Source of the DNA: Octopus sinensis
Taxonomy: Eukaryota
Direction: 5' to 3'
Assembly: GCF_006345805.1 (NCBI RefSeq)
Contig: NC_043019.1
Span: 4,401,360 to 4,465,359 of the forward strand
DNA length: 64,000 nt
The notes under the pieces are model-generated. The model worked only from the letters and a program-made list of their open reading frames with translations, did no database searches and was not told the DNA's origin. This document shows positions 58,701 through 64,000 of this stretch, piece after piece. Positions within the stretch are counted from its first letter, which is position 1; every line of letters starts with the position of its first letter. Position numbers and translations under genes: made by a program.

Positions 58701-59834
58701 ACCAATGTAGCACATGATAGTATCAAGCTGTCTCAATTACCACCACCACCACCACCACCACCACTATAGTCTTCGTCGTCACCGCCCTCCTTTCTTTTTC
58801 TTTCACTGATTCACAGATCAGTTTTTGACAGTGACGGTTGGACTGTGTTAGTAACCACCCGAGGTAATTCCAGTGAATACCTCGCGGTGTGCCTTGTATG
58901 TTTATATATATACATACATACATATATATATATACACACAAGCAAGCATTCCCTTTAACATCGAAACGGGAGGACGTTTTTAACTAACAGGTAAGATGAT
59001 TTTTTAATGAGACTATCTATATATACTATTACAAAAACTTTTTTCTGTTGTTCAGCCTACACACATCTTAAGTTGTGTGGTGTGAAGTATCTTGTCGTTG
59101 TTGGAAAATTTAACACGCACCCACCCACACACACACACAAGTATATATTTGTATACAACCTATTTGTATATACACATCCACATATGTACACAATTATACA
59201 ATCATATATACCCGCAGACTATATGTGTGTGTCTACTGATAGATCTCTCTATCTACTTATAAATATATATATATATATTTTTTTCTTTATTATCCACAAG
59301 GGGCTAAACACAGAGGGGACAAACAAGGACAGACATAGGTATTAAATCGATTACATCGACCCTAGTGCGTAACTGGTACTTGATTTATCGACCCCGAAAG
59401 GATATATCGTCGGTAATATGACATTTTGAAATGATCTAAACTTTTGTTGGGATAATTGCTTTCTCCTAAACCTTTAATTTGTTTTCTTCCACGGGCCCAT
59501 CCTCACACACACATCCTCACACACACACACACTGCATCAATAATCTACAATCGATTTCAAATATACTGATGTTTATCCCACATCCGATCAACAAGTGGTC
59601 ATGTTGCTGTTTAGATTTTAATAAATCTGCTTCAACTATTTCTTTTTTGCCATCCGTCCTTCCGGATTCGATAAAATTCCGTTGCAGTCAAGGCCCGGCT
59701 TCTGTTCATCAAGTTTAATATACGTACCTTCCATCCTTAAATATGTTTGCGTGTGATTTAGAGGCGATCATTAAGTATATTAATGATTACTATCCGGGGG
59801 GTTCTATGGTTAACCTCTCTGTCCTCACATGGTT

Positions 59835-59870
<36 letters not shown>

Positions 59871-60150
59871 CTCGAGTGTTTGGGTGAAGTTCTTGACAAC
59901 TTCGTGCTGAGTTTTCGTATCCAGACAAATGATATCATTGTTCTCTTCAAGGAAGTATGACGTCGAATAAAAAAAAAATTAAGACCAGGGTATGAAAGAA
60001 CAGAATGCGAACTCGGTCACCGTGAGAAGACTACAAAGATAAGAAAAAGAAAATCCAGTCCAATGTAAACTATATGGTGTAAGCAATTATTTCTGCTGTA
60101 GGTCCATTTTGTTACATAGTTACCCACGCTCGTGTACACACACACACTCT

Positions 60151-60179
<29 letters not shown>

Positions 60180-60185
<6 letters not shown>

Positions 60186-60360
60186 CTTTACTACCCACAA
60201 GGGCTAAACACAGAGGGGACAAACAAGGACAGACAAACGGATTAAGTCGATTATGTCGACCCCAGTGCGTAACTGGTACTTATTTAATCGACCCCGAAAG
60301 GATGAAAGGCAAAGTCGACCTCGGCGGAATTTGAACTCAGAACGTAACGGCAGACGAATA
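60180..60360 (-). mobile_element. Nin-type SINE unit
   Basis: Same unit as the 62031-62767 array. Confidence 0.8.
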
Positions 60361-61879
60361 TATATATATATATAGGCATATTTTATCATCTATAATATAT
60401 ATGTGTATATATGTATATATTAGTATGTGTAATATATATGTATATACACTGTTAACTTGAGATTCCTTAGCGATAATGTAACCTTCATATGATTAAGGTG
60501 TCTTCGGCTTTTTGAGTATTCTTCGTCGAATAATTATTACATCTGAGGATCTGCTAGCTTGGAAACATAGACATATGTAGCCCGAATTTTACCTTCTCCA
60601 CTCCTTCATACATTTTTATGGTACATACATTTTTTATTGTTCTTCGAATGCGCGCGCTGTTTGTCGGTGAAGCTAACCTTTCCGTTCGATCTGCACCCCC
60701 CTCTCTGTTGTCTCTACGGCCAGCCAAACAACTTTAATATGTCGTTTAACATAGACTTCACCCCCGATCAAACTTATTCCGATCGTAACTTTTCCTTTAG
60801 TACAGGCATTTGAACACCTCACACCTGTCCTTTTCCCAAGAACTTAAGGTGTACTTTTTTAGGGAGATTTGACTGGTATTTCTAGCAGAAATAGCGGCTT
60901 CCCTTTTAACCGTCCGTCCCCCGCTGTTTCTTCGTTTAATCGATCTCAAACCCCCGCTCTCTTTGCCCCCTCCGAACCCCTGAATGAGGTTATTACAGGT
61001 ACAAGCTATAATCACGTAATTAGGACGACGCCTCCGTCACCACCCAAACTTTATTATTAATGTTTGTTCCACCCCCAACAAACAGACACACGTAGCATTT
61101 CGATTCAGCTGACACATTAGACGAACACTTAACACTGTTAAATGTGTTCTTTAAATCTTCACAGCAGGAACAATAAATAAAAGAATGAAAATTAATAAAT
61201 AAATAAATAAAACGAAAGGACCCCCATCCAACTCCCCAACTCCCTTTCTTTCCACAAAAGCTGTTTTTGTCAGTTTTAATTTAGAATAAAACGAGAGAAG
61301 GCATGACAGACGAAGTGGAATATTTAAGTTGGGTGTTGGATAGGGTTGGAAATTCTGCCAGGGTCGAAGTCCTTCTTTCATTTGGCCATAAAATAAAATA
61401 TCTGTATCGGGGCTGTTGTTATTGAACCCCAGAACATCAAAGGCGTTCTAGCCGTGACTATCTCGCCTTTTACAAAATTCCAGGAGTAACAAGCATAGGA
61501 ACTACAAATTGCTTACCCTCCCACCAGGTTTCGTTTCCTCTTTTACTTCCTGATAAATACATATTTTTGAATGACATTTTGTAGAGATACGTTTTTGAGG
61601 ATACGGGTCAGGTAAGGATGGTTCAAAATTGATTATCGCCCCAACAACCCGACAAAACAAAATAAATAAATAAAGAGAAAGTAAAAATATTGAAATTAAA
61701 TTGTGAAAATTGATTGGCTGACCGTTGGTAGAACGATCGGAAACTCATCAATACTTTTTTAAAATTATTTTTAAAAACATAATTGTACTCTAAACCCTCG
61801 ATAAAGGACTTTCTGCAAAATATTGTACAAAATATGTATTTTAAATAGTTATGGAGAAACAAAGTTATATCATTTTCTA

Positions 61880-62795
61880 CTCTAGACACAAGGCCCTAAA
61901 GTTTTGAGGGAGGGGAGTCAGTCGATTAGATCGACCCCAATACGCAACTTGTACTTAATTTATCGACCCCGAAAGGATGAAAGGTAAAGTCGACCTCGGC
62001 AGAATTTGAACTCAGAACGTAGCGGCAGACGAAATACCTATTTCTTTACTACCCACAAGGGGCTATAACATAGAGGAGACAAACAAGGATAGACATAGGT
62101 ATTAAGTCGATTACATCGACCCCAGTGCGTAACTGGTACTTAATTTATCGACCCCGAAAGGATAAAAGGTAAAGTCGACCTCAGCGGAATTTGAACTCAG
62201 AACATAGAGGCAGACGAAATACCTATTTCTTTACTACCCACAAGGGGCTAAACATAGAGGGGACAAACAAGGACAGACATAGGTATTAAGTCGATTACAT
62301 CGACCCCAGTGCGTAACTGGTACTTAATTTATCGACCCCGAAAGGATGAAAGGCAAAGGTGACCTCGGTGGAATTTGAACTCAGAACATAGTGGCAGATG
62401 AAATACCTTATTTCTTTACTACCCACAAAGGGCTAAACACAGAGAGGACAGACAAGGACAGACAAACTGATTAAGTCGATTACATTGACCTCAGTGCGTA
62501 ACTGGTACTTAATTTATCTATCCCGAAAGGATAAAAGGTAAAGTCGACCTCGGCGGAATTTGAACTCAGAACGTAGAGGCTGACAAAATACCTATTTCTT
62601 TACTACCCACAAGGGGCTAAACATAGAGGGGACAAACAAGGACAGACATAGGTATTAAGTCGATTACATCGACCTCTGTGCGTAACTGGTACTTAATTTA
62701 TCTATCCCGAAAGGATGACAGGCAAAGTCGACCTCGGCGAAATTGAACTCAGAACGTAGCGGCAGACGAAATACTGCTAAGCATTTCGCCCGGCG
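61880..62795 (-). repeat. Tandem array of Nin/Deu-type SINE units (~185-bp period; 4 full units, a partial and a head)
   Basis: GAAATAC starts at 62031, 62216, 62400, about 62585 and 62768. Confidence 0.93.
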
Positions 62796-63196
62796 TGCTA
62801 GGGGAAACAAAGTTATATTGCCTAATATATGCAATTTGTCTGCTCTTTCTTGTAAGTCAAAGCGACAACAATAGAGCCTCCGATGTTGTGGTGTATAAAA
62901 TATGTGACCCAATAAAGTATGTGACCCTGTTGTAAATATATATATGAAAGTTGTGGAAAGAAAGAAAGAAAGAAAGATAGAGAGAGAGGTGTGAGAGAGG
63001 CCGAATTACAACATTGGAAATTTTCTCCAAGTTGCATTCTGAACAAAGCCCGGCTAATGTAGGTTACTGAGTGAAATTTGAACCTCAGTCAAAAGGCAAT
63101 TCGTTGACGTTAGCCTATAGTTTTTTTTTTATTCGATTAGCCTATAGTTTTTTATTCGATTATAAATTATTTTTCATTCACCATTTCATGCACGAT

Positions 63197-63623
63197 ATCC
63201 GGCGATCTTTCGTCTCTAGTAGACCTTTCCGTCGATTTCCGTAAAAATTTTTTTTTTTTTTTACGTATGGGCTTGCGGGAACTTTTGAAGTAATATACAT
63301 ACATATACACATACACCGAGTAAAAATTTCAGTTATCTCTTTCTTTCACACATTACTCTGTCTCTTCACACACACTAACAGAAGCACTTCACTTACACAA
63401 CATACTGTCTGTCTCCCACACCCCATCAAACACACACACACACATGTACATCAATGCTTCCCCTGGACGGTAACTTCAAAAGAACTTCCCTCGTCATACA
63501 ATCGCTTTCTCTTAGTCTCTTTCGCTCTCATTACTTCAAAAGTTCCCGGAAGCCCATATGTAAAAAAAAATTTTTTTACGGAAATCGACGGAAAGGTCTA
63601 CTAGAGACGAAAGATTGCCCGAT
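63197..63623. mobile_element. Long-TIR fold-back element (~95-bp arms)
   Basis: 63197-63294 is the reverse complement of 63530-63623 apart from the poly-T length and a few substitutions. Confidence 0.8.
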
Positions 63624-64000
63624 CGCCTTAGTGAATTGTATATAAAATACTTAACATTCTGCTCCAGTTCGAATCTTCGTTCTGCTTTGACTTTTGCACC
63701 TCCTGGGAGATTTCACAGGTATTTCTAGCAGAAATAGCGACTTCCCTTTTAACCGTCCGGTTGATTAATGTACAGGTCTGTGCAAATCTCCTTCCTTCAT
63801 GCCACCACTAGCGTGACGAAAGGGCGGTTCGCCCCCGGGTGGCACTTTTGGGTCTGCTGTAGGCGATATGTGTTTCTCGTGGGGGTCCAGGGGCGGAAAA
63901 CGGTAGGGGCCGCCCAGGGAAGCACACACTCTAGCTTACGCTAATGCATGGCACCGACGTTTATCCGAGGGAGAAGCGGCTCACCTGAGCCCTAAAAAGT

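Noticed and set aside
59638-59736. Short minus-strand ORF MEGTYIKLDEQKPGLDCNGILSNPEGRMAKKK
   Set aside because: 32 codons with no recognisable motif or supporting splice structure; expected by chance.
61880-62795. CRISPR-like regular repeats (also 50345-51141 and 55941-56470)
   Set aside because: The whole unit repeats with no unique spacers, the units are SINE or LINE pieces, and the context is eukaryotic with no cas genes.

Overview
Animal genomic DNA, AT-rich and saturated with SINEs, LINE fragments, MITEs and microsatellites. The repeat landscape looks like a coleoid cephalopod, probably Octopus (inference from the tRNA-derived CORE-type and Nin/Deu-type SINEs and the microsatellite load). 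Most of the window appears to be intron. Four small minus-strand exons (30315-30467, 27309-27423, 19339-19430, 5326-5436) splice in compatible phases into about 115 aa of a coiled-coil protein, and the gene continues past what can be resolved here. Apart from short pieces overlapping those exons, the long ORFs in the track that I examined are microsatellite translations or TE remnants (RTE, CR1, Penelope GIY-YIG, mariner, Tc1). The most interesting signals are: (1) several minimal type I hammerhead ribozyme motifs of the Penelope-associated kind, two sets arranged as head-to-head palindromes whose arms match each other more than they match the other locus, one of them next to a host 3' splice site; (2) an 84-bp minisatellite made from the YIG...R motif of a Penelope endonuclease; (3) SINE multimers sharing one exact head-to-tail junction at five loci; (4) a GG-terminated MITE family with 8-bp TSDs. 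Repeat boundaries are approximate (about 10-20 bp) unless a TSD or TIR is quoted. No database search or folding program was run.
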